The position numbers and the translations under genes were made by a program. From Paraspadella gotoi (taxonomy: Eukaryota; Animalia; Chaetognatha), in the NCBI GenBank assembly GCA_051294375.1, contig CM119271.1, positions 3,682,610 through 3,746,609 of the forward strand: a stretch of 64,000 nt of DNA, written 5' to 3'. Positions within the stretch are counted from its first letter, which is position 1; each line of letters starts with the position of its first letter. Below are positions 1-13,956 of this stretch, one piece after another. Under the pieces are notes generated by a model. That model saw nothing but the letters and a program-made list of their open reading frames with translations. It was not told where the DNA came from and did no database searches.

Positions 1-3000
1 CATTAATCGAATGAAGCCAAAGACAATATGTCGTCTATCTTAAATACTAAGTACATAGCCCATAATTACCTTTTTGTTTTCTAAATTATCGCAGATACAG
101 ACAGTTAGGAAAAAGAAACATATAAAAAAACAACAGGATACAAACCATATGTCCTTCAGTTTATTCAACTTTTAGACAACCTCATTAAAACTAACTGTCA
201 AAAGATTCAGCTCAAAGCGCTCCCCCACAGCTCCATCGTCCTTAAGGACCCCGTATAGCTCCTTTTTCGAAGAATGACCCTATGACAAAACACTTTTGTG
301 TTGGGCCCATTCGGAACATAGTATATTTTTTGATTGAAGAACCCATATTTTTAACGGAAATCGAACAGAAAAATCTGTATTATTCCTTCGAGCCACCGAA
401 CTCGTCTCCCTCGCCATTACCTACCCGCTAACCTCAACCCTAACCCTAACTAAATTCCGCAACCTTTAAGGACTGAAGACGCCAGCAATGTAAAACAAAA
501 AAGTGTGTTTTTGAGAAAAGATAAAGCCTAAAAAAAAACTGAACGATCTAACTTTTAAGTTTTACTTGTTACGGACACGTAGTTAAGCCAGCTTGATACA
601 GCTCTACCTAATGCGTTAACATGGCCTCCGGATGTAATATTGTCTAATTCACATCCTCCGGGAGTTAATCTCAGCCAATCAGCTGAAATTTCAATCGCGA
701 ATGAATCGTCTACCGGCTGATAATTCCCGCAAATCGGTCCCCTAACTATAAATCTTTTGTCAGACGACATAAAAGAACCAAAAGCTGCACTCATGCAAAT
801 CCTCGAAATAATTAATCGCGCCGACTGAGGAAGGAGCCTCACGTATCTTTTTTTTTTGCCGACCGAGACCGATGTTCCCACTGGCCGCTCTCTGAAATTC
901 GCGAGACGCCCTCATTCTGTTTTGTACTAGACTTCGTTGCATTGATACAGGAAACTGGTTGAACAACATCCAATGAACGCACTGAACATATACCCATCGC
1001 CAGAAACACACTAAGGACATAAAACCCGCCTCGGAAACATACCACTATGGAGCCGCATGGGAGAGACCATCTGAGAGGGGAATGAGAGACAGACACACAA
1101 CCGACAGACGATAACCACGACAAACCATAAGAGAGACGATGACAGTCAAAGAGAAGACAGCAAGGAGAAATAAAGAGAGAGCAGAGAAAGACTAGAGCAG
1201 TGATAGATAGAGAGGCAGACCCTAGAGCCACAAAATAAATGATAAAGATGAGAGAGAGAGAGAGAGAGAGAGAGTAAGAGAACGAGAGAGAAAGTATAGA
1301 GAGAGAGATAGACGTTCATCTTCATCATCGTCTTCTTCTTCATCATCGTCCTCGGCCGGCGTCTTTCCTCGGTTGCTTCGCCAATCTTCACGTCAACTCG
1401 TGACGTCATAGACTTGGTCCGACAACGTCATTATCGTCGTCGCCGTCGTCGTCGTTTCCATTATCGTCGTCGTAATTATCGTTGTCGCCGTCATTATCAT
1501 CGTCGAAATTATCGTCTTAATCGTCGTCGTCGTCGTTATCGTCGTCGTCATCATCGTCGATTCTCTTTTTCTCTCACGACTCCCGCTCTCGACTTAACCC
1601 TTACCCTCAAAAGTTTGACCCCCCCCCCCTCATCCCTCACTCCATAACCCACCCTTCTCTACCCATTGCCCGGTCAACAACAACGACAACAACGACGACA
1701 AAATGACGACGACGAAAAAAACCGTGATCCGAATTTCCTCCTCCGGATGAACCAAGAAAACAAACAATAACAACAACGACAATATCATGACAGGAGATAA
1801 CAACGACGACGACAGTCCGTCGTAGGATCGCGTGTCGAGTTGGAATCGCAGTTTTTAAAAAAAAAAAAAATTTTAAAAGAAATTTTGAAAAGAAATTTAT
1901 TGATAATCACGATCTGACATGTAAAAAATAAAAAGATCAAATCGAAGTTTACAAAAATATTACTCTATGGCAACAGGGATACATGGGGGATGGACGGGGG
2001 GTGAGGCATCTCCCGACAGATGGAGCTCAGGACTTTGGCCCTGCAGTGACAAGCCCGTGACACTGGCGTGTTTAAGATAACTCCATAACACTTAACCAGC
2101 GTGACCGTCAGAGGATGGAACCAGGAAATCACGGTTAGTGAACGAGTACTTTGCTGTCCAAGCCAATGGGGCGAGATGAGTTTTACCAATCTACGAATAT
2201 AGAATTCGCCACAACTTCCTATTTTTTTTACGAGACCAAGAATGGGTCTTATTTGCCCAATACGCGCCATTTTATCTTAAATTTGGAATTAGGTTATTTT
2301 TTTTAATAAAATATTAGGTAAGAGATTAGAGTAAAAATTATGGATTAGGGTTTAAGATTATGAATATAAGTTTAAGAATATATTTTGATTAAATATTAAA
2401 GTTAAAATTAAATTATGGGATAAACAAAGAGAAATGGGGCTCTCTCGGAAAAGAGAGCCCAAGAATGAAGAAGCGACGCGACAACGACCACGAACAACGA
2501 CGACAACGACAACAACAGAAGGGAAAAAAAAATCCTCCGGAAGAACGGACGCTCGCGAAAACAAAAAAAAAACAAAATGTTGAGAAAAACAAAACAAATG
2601 ATAAAGAACCAAAAGCGACATGAAAACCTTGGAACAACGAGGCGAACAACATGGCGAACGCCAAGCGGATGNNNNNNNNNNNNNNNNNNNNNNNNNNNNN
2701 NNNNNNNNNNNNNNNNNNNNNNNNNNNNNNNNNNNNNNNNNNNNNNNNNNNNNNNNNNNNNNNNNNNNNNNNNNNNNNNNNNNNNNNNNNNNNNNNNNNN
2801 NNNNNNNNNNNNNNNNNNNNNNNNNNNNNNNNNNNNNNNNNNNNNNNNNNNNNNNNNNNNNNNNNNNNNNNNNNNNNNNNNNNNNNNNNNNNNNNNNNNN
2901 NNNNNNNNNNNNNNNNNNNNNNNNNNNNNNNNNNNNNNNNNNNNNNNNNNNNNNNNNNNNNNNNNNNNNNNNNNNNNNNNNNNNNNNNNNNNNNNNNNNN

Positions 3001-6000
3001 NNNNNNNNNNNNNNNNNNNNNNNNNNNNNNNNNNNNNNNNNNNNNNNNNNNNNNNNNNNNNNNNNNNNNNNNNNNNNNNNNNNNNNNNNNNNNNNNNNNN
3101 NNNNNNNNNNNNNNNNNNNNNNNNNNNNNNNNNNNNNNNNNNNNNNNNNNNNNNNNNNNNNNNNNNNNNNNNNNNNNNNNNNNNNNNNNNNNNNNNNNNN
3201 NNNNNNNNNNNNNNNNNNNNNNNNNNNNNNNNNNNNNNNNNNNNNNNNNNNNNNNNNNNNNNNNNNNNNNAAAAAAAAAAGAAAGAATATTTTCGAGGTT
3301 CGATTAAATTTTTGGCTTTTAGACTTTTAAGACCTTTCGGCTTTTAAACTTGGGCTTTTAAACTTGGGCTTTTTCTGGGAAACTGAAGCCAATGGACGGA
3401 TTACAATTGACATTGATTTGATTTTTATCAAAAAATATTTCTTAACTATAACGTATACTTCATTTTTATTTTGTTTTTGTGTGCATACCAACATTCCATT
3501 CCAAAAATAAAATAAAAATTAAAAAAAAAAAAAACCAACATATTTTCTGCGTCATTGTTCCTCTTATTGTTTAGGTTTTGTGAATGCCTTTTTTTTTACA
3601 ATTTTAGGTACTAAAATAATAAATAAATAAATAAATAAATAATAAATTATACTAAAGTATCAGACGATTGTGTTCTAAGTCAATCGTAGTTTCCGGTTTG
3701 ACTTTGATTCGTCATCGTTGAAATTTTACTCTGAATAAAGATCAAGTNNNNNNNNNNNNNNNNNNNNNNNNNNNNNNNNNNNNNNNNNNNNNNNNNNNNN
3801 NNNNNNNNNNNNNNNNNNNNNNNNNNNNNNNNNNNNNNNNNNNNNNNNNNNNNNNNNNNNNNNNNNNNNNNNNNNNNNNNNNNNNNTTCGTCGGCGGATA
3901 ATGGGACTCGGCTTTGTCGTTGTTGTTGTTATTATTCGCGATGAATGGTGACCGCGCTATGAATGGCTGCGTGCCGCACGAAAGGCTGCGTGCGCGCCAG
4001 ATATATATANNNNNNNNNNNNNNNNNNNNNNNNNNNNNNNNNNNNNNNNNNNNNNNNNNNNNNNNNNNNNNNNNNNNNNNNNNNNNNNNNNNNTTTTGTG
4101 ATTTTTGATTTACGGCAGGGCAGAGGCCACGCCTTTTTGTGTGTGTATCTGAGTCAGTTTTTTATTTTTTAGTTGAGTTTTTCATATTATTTTCTCGTTT
4201 TATTCTTTTACAAAAGTTTCTTTTGATTGGACAATTGTTTTACAAATACACAACGCAATACCTCTCTTTCATTCTAAAAAAAATATATAAACAGTATCGC
4301 CGATGTTATTTAATCTGTTAAATTTATGGGTAATAGATATTTTAAAATTAGATAAAGAATAAACCGACCTGCGTGACAAAATTAATTGACTCTAAAATCC
4401 GACGGACGGATTGGATGACATTGAAAAAAGAATACTGGTTGACATTCATGACATTGAAAGAATGATTATAATTATAAAGAGTCATTGAGTGACATTGAAG
4501 AAAGCAGCGGATCTCAACTTCCCCGAGCAATTGCACTTTTTCTTTTTCTTTCTTTTCCTTCCACCTTCGGTCTGACATTTTTATCTCATTTCAGGCGTCT
4601 GGGTTATCTCTCTCTATGGCCCTCTTTGATTCATNNNNNNNNNNNNNNNNNNNNNNNNNNNNNNNNNNNNNNNNNNNNNNNNNNNNNNNNNNNNNNNNNN
4701 NNNNNNNNNNNNNNNNNNNNNNNNNNNNNNNNNNNNNNNNNNNNNNNNNNNNNNNNNNNNNNNNNNNNNNNNNNNNNNNNNNNNNNNNNNNNNNNNNNNC
4801 GATCCGTGAGTTAAAAAAAGTCTTTGCAATCATCCAGGGCGATAACGTTACCACTTTTCACGGAGATCGCCAGACATCGTTTTTAGGGTCAAACAATGTT
4901 AATTCCAGTTCCTGTTAGTTGAGAATTTTAATTTTAATTTAATTTAATTTAATTTTAATTTTAATTTCAGTTCACTCACCGAATCCTGTTAGTTGAGAAT
5001 TTTAATTTTTTTTGTGGGGGGAAAGGTTTATAATTGTTTACTATAATGTAAGAATGTAATAATGTAATGTATAGTATATACAGAGGAATTATTATCGAGG
5101 ATGATATTGTAAAGTGCGATTATATCTGCAAATCTGTGGTGAGGTTCGGTAGCAATATCTCCTGCATTCGAAATAAAAATGTCATTTTCTCTCAAAAGTC
5201 AAACGGTCAAATTTTTTCTATTTCATTTCACCGGACAAATTTTTTTTGCTCGAACGTCAAACGAAGGTCGTTGAGGATTTCACCGCGAAAATGACATTCA
5301 CACTTCACGAGTTCACTGTGATCGTCAAGGAGAAATCGATCGACGTTCTCCTTCGTTAATGTAATGTATTTTTCAATACTTTTTCATTACCTCATCGACA
5401 CCAAATTATTAAAATATAATCATCTTCAATTTATCGATCGCTCGAGTCTATTTCGAAATTACCTCATGTGACAAAATGGTACGAGACTCGTTCGACCGGA
5501 AATTCACCGGAAATCCAAATATCGGCCGGTAACGAGTTTATGTTCTACTTTTTTTTTCCCCTTCGGTTGTAAATGTCAGAATTTGGTATTTGCGTCGCGT
5601 TAACCTTTCGTCCTCTGGAAAACCGGCAGAGGTCAGAAGAGCTTCGCTTATCGCTTTCTACGAAGNNNNNNNNNNNNNNNNNNNNNNNNNNNNNNNNNNN
5701 NNNNNNNNNNNNNNNNNNNNNNNNNNNNNNNNNNNNNNNNNNNNNNNNNNNNNNNNNNNNNNNNNNNNNNNNNNNNNNNNNNNNNNNNNNNNNNNNNNNN
5801 NNNNNNNNNNNNNNNNNNNNNNNNNNNNNNNNNNNNNNNNNNNNNNNNNNNNNNNNNNNNNNNNNNNNNNNNNNNNNNNNNNNNNNNNNNNNNNNNNNNN
5901 NNNNNNNNNNAATTTCTTATCAGTAGTAGAAACTGTTTAAACTAACGAATAACATTTTTTGCCGATCAGCTTGAACCAAGTGAGCAGCAGTAAATGCATT

Positions 6001-6199
6001 CTTCGTACTTAAAAAGCATACTTACACCCTTTCCCTATTTTTTTTATTTCGTTGCAAACGACTCTTCGCATGTGAGTTCAAATTCGAATCTGTATATTTG
6101 CATAATGTTCGACATTTGCACAGCATTGCCAGTACCTTCGTACTTTAATCGATCCCAAGAGACGAAGGAAAGCAAAATCGCTGTTCGACTCTCTCTCTG

Positions 6200-6235
<36 letters not shown>

Positions 6236-7530
6236 ACACTTACAAACAAAAACAGGTTAATGACCCAAGTTCGATAATGCCGAGCCTCATAAGGCACGTA
6301 AGGTACATCGACCACTCGAGAAAACTCGAGAGAGTGAGAGACAAATAGAAGGAAAGAGACAAGAGACGGCGAAACGCAGAGAGAGAGAGAGAGAGACGTA
6401 GAGGGTCTCGTGAAGAGATGAATCCATCATCTAATCAGCGCGGGGAGAGAATCTTTCGAATTGTTTACTGATCCTNNNNNNNNNNNNNNNNNNNNNNNNN
6501 CCGAGAGATGAAAGAGTGAGAGAGAAAGAGTGAGCAGAGAAAGACGAGAGAGCAGCGTGAAGAAAGGCAAGACTGACGGAGACCCGGCGACAGAGACGAA
6601 GACAAACCGATGTCGAACGGACGACCGATCGAACCGGACCATGTTTGGACTGTACACTTGTTCCACCTCTTTTTTACCGGCTTCTCTCGCGCCTTTCTCT
6701 CTCATAAGTTCCTAGGAAAAAGGATCAGACAGACCAACCTTCATCACTTTGATCACGGTTATTCCTTGCGATTTCTCTGAAATATCAACATTTCTTATGA
6801 CTTTTCCTACGGACGCCGTTATTTTTCTTTTGGAGATTTTCTGTTTCATTCCGCGAGGATTTCTCTGATTTCCATTTTTATTACATTTATTTAACATTTT
6901 ACGTCGACCTTTATTAATTATTTGGCTTGCTTTTGACACGAATCTCCAGTATTATACGACGTTCGGGAGTCTGTCAGAATGCCAGTTGACGACCTCCCTC
7001 ACCCGACGAGCCATTCCTACTCGCCGGACCCGGGGAGCCAGTCTCTCTAAGAGAGAGAGGAGTAGAGAGGAAAGAAAGACCAAGAGAGAGATACAAAATA
7101 ACAGTTCAAATGCATACCTCGACCATTTTTTTACAATTCGATTATCTCTTTTTAATTTTAATTAATTACTATTAATTATTTAATTAATTATCTGATCTTT
7201 GTGCAGTCATCTTGTCCTTTAAAAAGGAAGTTATCTGAGAAATGAGGAAACACATTACCAAGCAAAATATACAAAGTATTTGCCATATTGTAGTTTTAGA
7301 AACATATTCCTTAAAATATATAGTAAATATAAAATTAAAAAGCAAAACAAACAAATTTCTTAAAAATACTGTAAGTTTAAACTGAATCAATTTAAATAAT
7401 TATATAAACGTTGATTGTCTATTATTAAGCAAAATAAAAACTTAGAATATTTTTTGAGTTCTCAGACTAATCATTAAATTGGTGGACACAAAATCGGGAG
7501 GTGGGTATGGCATGTTGGCAGCGGAAATTT

Positions 7531-10500
7531 AAAATCAGGCAGTGTGTAGAGATAGCGTAGGACGGCAGGAAGGAGCAGGGCGTTAACCTGGAGGTCCTCT
7601 TTGAAAATCAGGCAGTGTGTGAGATAGGCGACGGGAGGAAGGAGGGCGTTAACCTGGAGGCCTTTTGAAAATCAGGCAGTGTGTAGGAGATAGGCGGACG
7701 AGGAAGGAGCATGGCGTTTAACCTCGGAGGTCCTTTTGGAAAAAATCAGGCAGTGGTGTAGGAGATAGGGCGACGGAGGAAAGGAGCAGGGCGTTAACCT
7801 GAGGGTCCTTTGAAAAAATCAGCCAGTGTGTAGGAGATCAGGCGGACGCAGGAAGGGAGCAGGGCGTTTAACACTGGAGTCCTTTTAGAAAACATTCAGC
7901 GTGTGTAGGAGATAGGCGGACGGCCAGGAAAGGAGCCAGCGGAGGCGTTAACCGTTGGAGGTCCTTTTGAAAAATCAGGCAGTGTTGTAGGAGATAGGCG
8001 CGAGGAAGGAGCAGGGCGTTAACTGGAGGTCTTTTGAAAAATCAGGCAGTGTGTAGGAGATAGGCTGCACGGAGGAAGGAGCAGGCTTAACCTGGAGATC
8101 TTTGAAATCAGAGCAGTGTGTAGGAGATAGGGCTGACGGAGGTAAGGAGCAGGGCGTTACCTGGAGGTCCTTCTTGAAAAAATCAGGCATGTGTAGGATA
8201 GCGGACGGAGGAAGGAAGCAAGGCGTTAACCTGGAGGTCCTTTTGAAAATCAGGCAGGTGTAGGAAGATAAGGCGGACGGAGGAAGAGCAGGGCGTTAAT
8301 CCTGGAGGTCCTTTTGAAAAATCAGGCAGTGTGTAGGAGATAGGCGGACGGAGAAGGAGAGGGCGTTAACCTGGAGGTCCTTTGAAAAAATCAGGCAGTG
8401 TGTAGGAAGATAGCGGACGAGGAAGGAGCAGGGCGTTAACCTGGAGGTCTTTTGAAAATCCAGCGCCAGTGAGTAGAGATAGGCGACGGAGGAGGAGGCA
8501 GGGCGTAACCTGGAGGTCCTTTGAAAAATCAGGAGTGTGTAGGAGATAGGCGGACAGAGAGGAGCGGCGTTAACACTGGAAGGTCCTTTTGAAAAATCAG
8601 GCAGTGTGTAGGAGATAGGCGGAACGGAGGAAGGAGCAGGCGGCGGTTAACGCTGGAGGTCCTTTTTGAAAAATCAGGCAGTGTGTAGGAGATAGGCCGG
8701 ACGAGGAAGGAGAGGGCGTTAACGCTGGAGGTCCTTTTTGAAAAATCAGGGGCAGTGTGTAGGAGATAGGCGGACGGAGGAAGGACAGGCGTTAACCTGG
8801 AGGTTCCTTTTGAAAAATCCAGGCAGTGTGTAGGAATAGGCGGACGAGGAAGAGCAGGGCGTTCACCTGGAGGTCCTTTTGAACAATCAGGCAGTGTGTA
8901 GGAGATAGGCGGACGGAGGAAGGAGCAGGGGGCGTTAACACTGGAAGGTCCTTTTGAAAATCAGGCCAGTGTGAGGAGAATAGGCGGACGGAGGAAGGAG
9001 CAGGGCGTTAACCTGGAGGTCCTTTTGAAAAATCGAGGCAGTGTGTAGGAGATAGGCGGAACGGAGGAAGAGAGCAGGGCCGTTAACCTGGGAGGTCCTT
9101 TGAAAAATCAGCCCAGATGTGTAGGAGATTAGCGGACGGAGGAAGGAGCAGGGACGTTAACCTGGAGGGTCCTTTTGAAAAATCAGGCAGTGTGTAGGAA
9201 TAGCGGAGCGAGGAAGGAGCAGGGCGTAACCCTGGAGGTCCTATTGAAAAATCAGGCACGTGTGTAGGAGATAGGCGGACGAGGAAGGAGCAGGGCGTTA
9301 ACACCTGGAGGTCTTTTGAAAAATCAGGCAGTGTGTAGGAGATAGGACGGACGGAGGAAGGAGCAGGGCGTTAAACCTGGAGGTCCTTTTGAAAAATCAG
9401 GCAGTGTGTAGGAGATAGGCGGACGGAGAAGGAGCAAGGGCGTTAACCTGAGGTCTTTTGAAAAAATCAGGCAGTGTGTAGGAGATAGGCGGACGGAGGA
9501 AGGAGCAGGGCGGTTAACGCTGGAGGTTCCTTTATGACAAATCAGGCAGTGTGTGGAGATAGGCGGACGGAGGAAGGAGCAGGGCGTAAACCGGAGTCCT
9601 TTTTTGAAAATCAAGTTGTGTAGGAGATAGGCGGACCGGAGAGGAGCAGGGCGTTAACGCTGGAGGTCCTTTTTGAAAATCAGGCAGTGTGTAGGAATAG
9701 GCGGACGGAGGAAGGAGACAGCGTTAACGCTCTGGAGGGTCCTTTTGAAAAATCGGCAGTGTGTAGGAGAATAGGCGGACGAGGAAGGAGCAGGGCGTTA
9801 ACGCTGGAGGTCCTTTTGAAAAAATCAGGCAGTGTGTAGGAGATAGGCGGACGGAGGAAGGAGGCAGGGCGTTAAACCTGGAGGTCCTTTTGAAAATCAG
9901 GCAGTGTGTAGGAAGATAGGCGGACGGAGGAAGGACAGGGCGTTTAACCTGGAGTCCTTTGAAAAAATCAGGCCAGTGTGTAGGAGATAGGCGGGGACGG
10001 AGGAACGGAGCAGGGCGTTAACTCTGGAGGTTCCTTTTGAAATCAGGCAGTGGTGTAGGAGAATAGGCGGACGGAGGGAAGGAGCAGGGCGTTAACCTGG
10101 AGGTCCTTTTGAAAATCAGGCAGTGTGTAGGAGATAGGCGGACGGAGGAAGGGCAGGGCGTTAACCTGGAGGCCTTTTTGAAAAATCAGGCAAGTGTGTA
10201 GGAGATAGGCCGGACGGAGAAGGAGCAGGGGCGTTAACTGGAGGTCCTTTTAAAAATCAGGCCAGTGTGTAGGAGATAGGCGGACGGAGGAAGGAGCAGG
10301 GCGTGTTAACCTGAGGTCCCTTTTGAAAAATCAAGGCAGTGTGTAGGAGATAGGCGGACGGAGGAAGGGAGCAGGGGTAACCTGGGAGGCCTTTTGAAAA
10401 ATCAGGCAGTGTGTAAGGAATAGGCGTTTAGCGGAGGAAGGAGCAGGGCGTAACCTGGAGTCCTTTTGAAAAATCAGGCAGTGGTAGGAGATAGGCGGAC

Positions 10501-10557
10501 GGAGGAAGGAGCAGGGCGTTAACTCTGGAGGTCCTTTTGAAAATCAGGCCCAGTGTG
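7531..10557. repeat. 71-bp tandem satellite, roughly 42 copies
   Basis: Consensus GAAAAATCAGGCAGTGTGTAGGAGATAGGCGGACGGAGGAAGGAGCAGGGCGTTAACCTGGAGGTCCTTTT repeated head to tail. Differences between units are mostly scattered 1-2 nt indels. Confidence 0.97.
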
Positions 10558-11294
10558 GGGGGGGGGAGAGACGTGAACGACGACGCGACGAAGACGACGA
10601 CGAAGACGACGACCCGAGCGAATGACCTCAAATAATCGTTCATCAGAGAGAGAGAGAGAGAGAGAGATAAGAGAATAAAATACTAATTGGGGGGGATTCC
10701 AGCGTACTCACTTCCGGACCGAAAGATCTTGTTGTTTTCTCAATTATGATTATCGCTCGAAGTGTGCTCGAATTATGTCTGTGAGTCTGTGAGTCTGTGA
10801 GTCTCTCCGTCTTATCCGTCTATTCCGTCTATACGTCTTTTCTCTCTAACGACATCAAAATCGTCAGAGAAATAAGGACGTGCGAGAGAATTTCACTGTC
10901 AATATCCGAATAAAAGAACATCGTTCCAATTACAATTTCTCAACTGCCCGAAAAAAAATGTTATATTAATTTAAAAAAGAAAGTAGCATATACCGTTCTG
11001 AGAAAGGAAAAATACGAAATAATTTAGTACGTGAAATTGATAGTACAATTAGTTCAACTCAAAATTGTATGACTTTTACAAAGAGAAAGTTAAATTACTA
11101 CATCGCATAATTTTTTAGCCATTCACGATATTTTGTAATTGAGGTAAAATATGATTTACAATTAAAGTATTCTCGTACTCGGTCAAACTTTTCTCTCACG
11201 CTTCAGTTTTCAAACGAGAGAAAAAAAAAACGAAAAAAAAAAAAATCGCCATATAGCCTTTGTCCTGCGCGTTTGCCACTGGCCCTAATAATTT

Positions 11295-11344
<50 letters not shown>

Positions 11345-11463
11345 TCCTCTTCTCTCTCTCTCTCTCTCTTCTCTCTCCTTATCTTCCCGTCCCCCTGTCT
11401 CCCTTCATCAACGCGGACTCTGGTCCCCCGACTCTCCTTCGGCTGGAGAGACAGAGGGGAGAG

Positions 11464-11498
<35 letters not shown>

Positions 11499-11674
11499 AG
11501 ACAATAGAGAGAGAGAGAGAGTGAGAGTGAGAGCAACGCTTTTGCGAGGATGAACAGCGACGAAACGACGTGACGCGTCGCGCAAGTGACGGTACGCCAC
11601 GTTACGCTGAAGGAGCTGCGCCACGCGCGGCTAAGTTGGAACGCTGGCGTGGCTTTATGGGGAAGTGGGGGTGG

Positions 11675-11721
<47 letters not shown>

Positions 11722-12083
11722 TGTCCGGGGACTAATTGGTTGAGGCCAAGAGACCCGATTGGAGATAAAAGGCATAAAGAGGATGGGATGGAAATCGTCG
11801 GACGATTGTTGTTGTCGTTGTTGTTGTTGTCGTCGATGAAGGAAGGATTGATTGATACGAGGGAAATAGGAAAGGATGGAATGGAGGAAAGGATAAAGAA
11901 GTTTAAGAAAGGACATTGGAAGATATCAAAAGATAGGACAGAATTAGACAGAAAGAGGGGATAGAAAGAAGAAAGATTGAGCAGGAAGAGAGGAGAAAAT
12001 AAGGCGAAAGAGAAAGAGAAGAAAGGAATAAAAGAGGATTGAAAAAGTTTAGTCAGAGAGAAGGAAAGGCGGAGAGAGAGTAC

Positions 12084-12136
<53 letters not shown>

Positions 12137-12675
12137 CGAGCTGCTCAGCTAAAGGCGCTCGAGGGATTAATCAAAAGGAGCGCCGGTGAACGCGACAAAC
12201 ACGGCCGATGACGGCGGCGAACGAAGCCAAGCGGTCATACTGGTTCAAGGGGTCAGAGCTGTCGAGAGATTCGGGAAAGGTCAACTGGTGGGATCCGTTA
12301 AATCCTGTCCAGGCACGACTTTAGAAAACAAAATTGCCGGATTTGAAATTTTTGCAAAAGTTGATTACGGTTGAGCAAAGTCTATATTTAATTTTAGCTA
12401 TTTAAATGCAGTCTAGGGAAGGGTGCTGAACGAATTCATTAATTTGACAATTCAAGATAATACAAGGAAATTAAAAGATTAATTAATATTTAGCAAATAT
12501 TGTCGAGTAATCGTGTCAGTTTTAAAAACTTCGTATTCTTATACAATTGAAACATTTTTTGAAAAAATCATACAACTTCATTGATTGGGAAGCCAGGTAC
12601 TTTGGGAGTGAACAAACGAAACTGTGAGAGAGTCCTGTAAGAGTGATGGAGGCCTTAAAGTCCAAAGTCAGATAG

Positions 12676-12810
12676 TATGGTGGACTAAAATCCACCAAGT
12701 GTTCTACAGCGGCCATTGGTGCCGGAGGCAAGTCATTCGTCTCCCAACCCAAAGGTCCGGGGTTCTAGCCCGGTGGTCGCCTGGCAGTTAAGAGCGACGG
12801 GGCGTTTAAT
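12676..12810 (+). mobile_element. tRNA-derived SINE-like element, copy 1
   Basis: 72-nt tRNA-like core at 12709-12780: acceptor stem GCGGCCA/TGGTCGC, A-box-like TGGTGCCGGAGG, B-box-like GGTTCTAGCC. The anticodon stem does not pair. Homologous, including 5' and 3' flanks, to 34375-34508 on the minus strand. Confidence 0.75.
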
Positions 12811-13956
12811 CCGCCTGTAACACGGTGTTACAGCCTGATCCGAAGCTCAGGGACTGCTTATATTGAACGGTTCTTTCATTAACATATAACAATAATTACT
12901 GTCTCTTCAGAGTGTCTATTAGAGTGGAGCACTCAAGAACAAAAAATTTATTTGAATGATCGAACAATGATATTTAGATGTGAGATAGTATGATTAACTA
13001 GTTCAAAAAATATTTTGTTCATATTATCTCGGGAACAGAATAGTAAAATATATATTTGAAATAATATCCTTATAAAATAGTAAATTTTAAAAAGAATTTT
13101 TATGAAACTTTTATTAAAGATTCAGATTCTTCATAAAAAGTTGAATCAAAAATATAAAACATGTTATCAAAAATTCTGTCATCTTCAATGTTTAAAATAA
13201 GAAAAAATGTGAAAATTCCTGACTTTTTTATTCTCTGTAGTAGAAACTTATATATGTTAAAACGTTTTAGTCATTTTTTGTGATCTAAACATTAAAATAT
13301 CATACAACATATTTTATAAAAGTTTCTTAGTTTTTTACAGCGAATCCAAATCAGTTCTTAAAAATAAAAAAAAAAAAATTTGAAATTTGACGATTTTATA
13401 AGGATATTACTACATAAATAATTAAATTTGCTATACTGTTATGCTAAAAATTTTTTTAAAAGGATTTAAAATTCATTAATTATATGTCCATAGGCAGCAA
13501 AAAAATAATGTTCAATCACTCAATCTTTTCATCACTCCACCTTACTGCTTATATTGAACAATTCTGTCACTAACACATAACAAAAATTACTGTCTCTTCA
13601 ATAGATTATTTATTAAATGAATGGATAATTTCATAATGGTTGTACCAATTAATTAAATTAAATTAGTTAACCGTCGTTTTTAATTCAATTTATTTCCGAC
13701 ATTTCTGTACTACGAATCCTTCAGGGCGTCAAAAAACCTTTCTGCTCCTTTTCTCAATTTAAAACTCAAAAAGTCAGAAAGGGAATCGTTATAGCTGCAA
13801 CGTAAACGCTTCCTGTTGAGATGAAACAGAGATTGTCTGAGGACGAAATGACCCCGACGGAAAGGAGCGAGAAAAGTGAAAGCTTTAAAAAAGAGGCGAC
13901 GATTAAAAGTCGAGGATCTGACTCTACTCTTATATCTTATCTTTCTATCTTTTCTG

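Noticed and set aside
421-452. Interstitial telomeric repeat (AACCCT)n
   Set aside because: Only about two perfect units; too short to call.
555-881. Complex-looking ORFs here and at 39806-40079, 43551-43817, 47093-47317 and 59500-59880
   Set aside because: Could be noisy exons, but I recognise no motif or family; a frameshift-aware protein search would be needed.
1414-1647. Protamine-like Arg-rich ORF
   Set aside because: Translation of a degenerate (TCG/TCA/TTA)n microsatellite with a TTG start.
2045-2070. Twister L4-like GTGACAAGCCC
   Set aside because: No upstream UAA/P2, no P4 pairing and no downstream GAG motif.
2577-5940. ORFs containing X runs (also 56736-57370)
   Set aside because: They are open only because they cross N gaps.
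7531-10557. CRISPR-like array or repeat-protein ORFs in the 71-bp array
   Set aside because: No unique spacers, eukaryotic context, no cas genes; the unit length is not a multiple of 3.
12709-12780. Functional tRNA-Gly gene
   Set aside because: Anticodon and D stems do not pair in either copy; treated as a SINE head.
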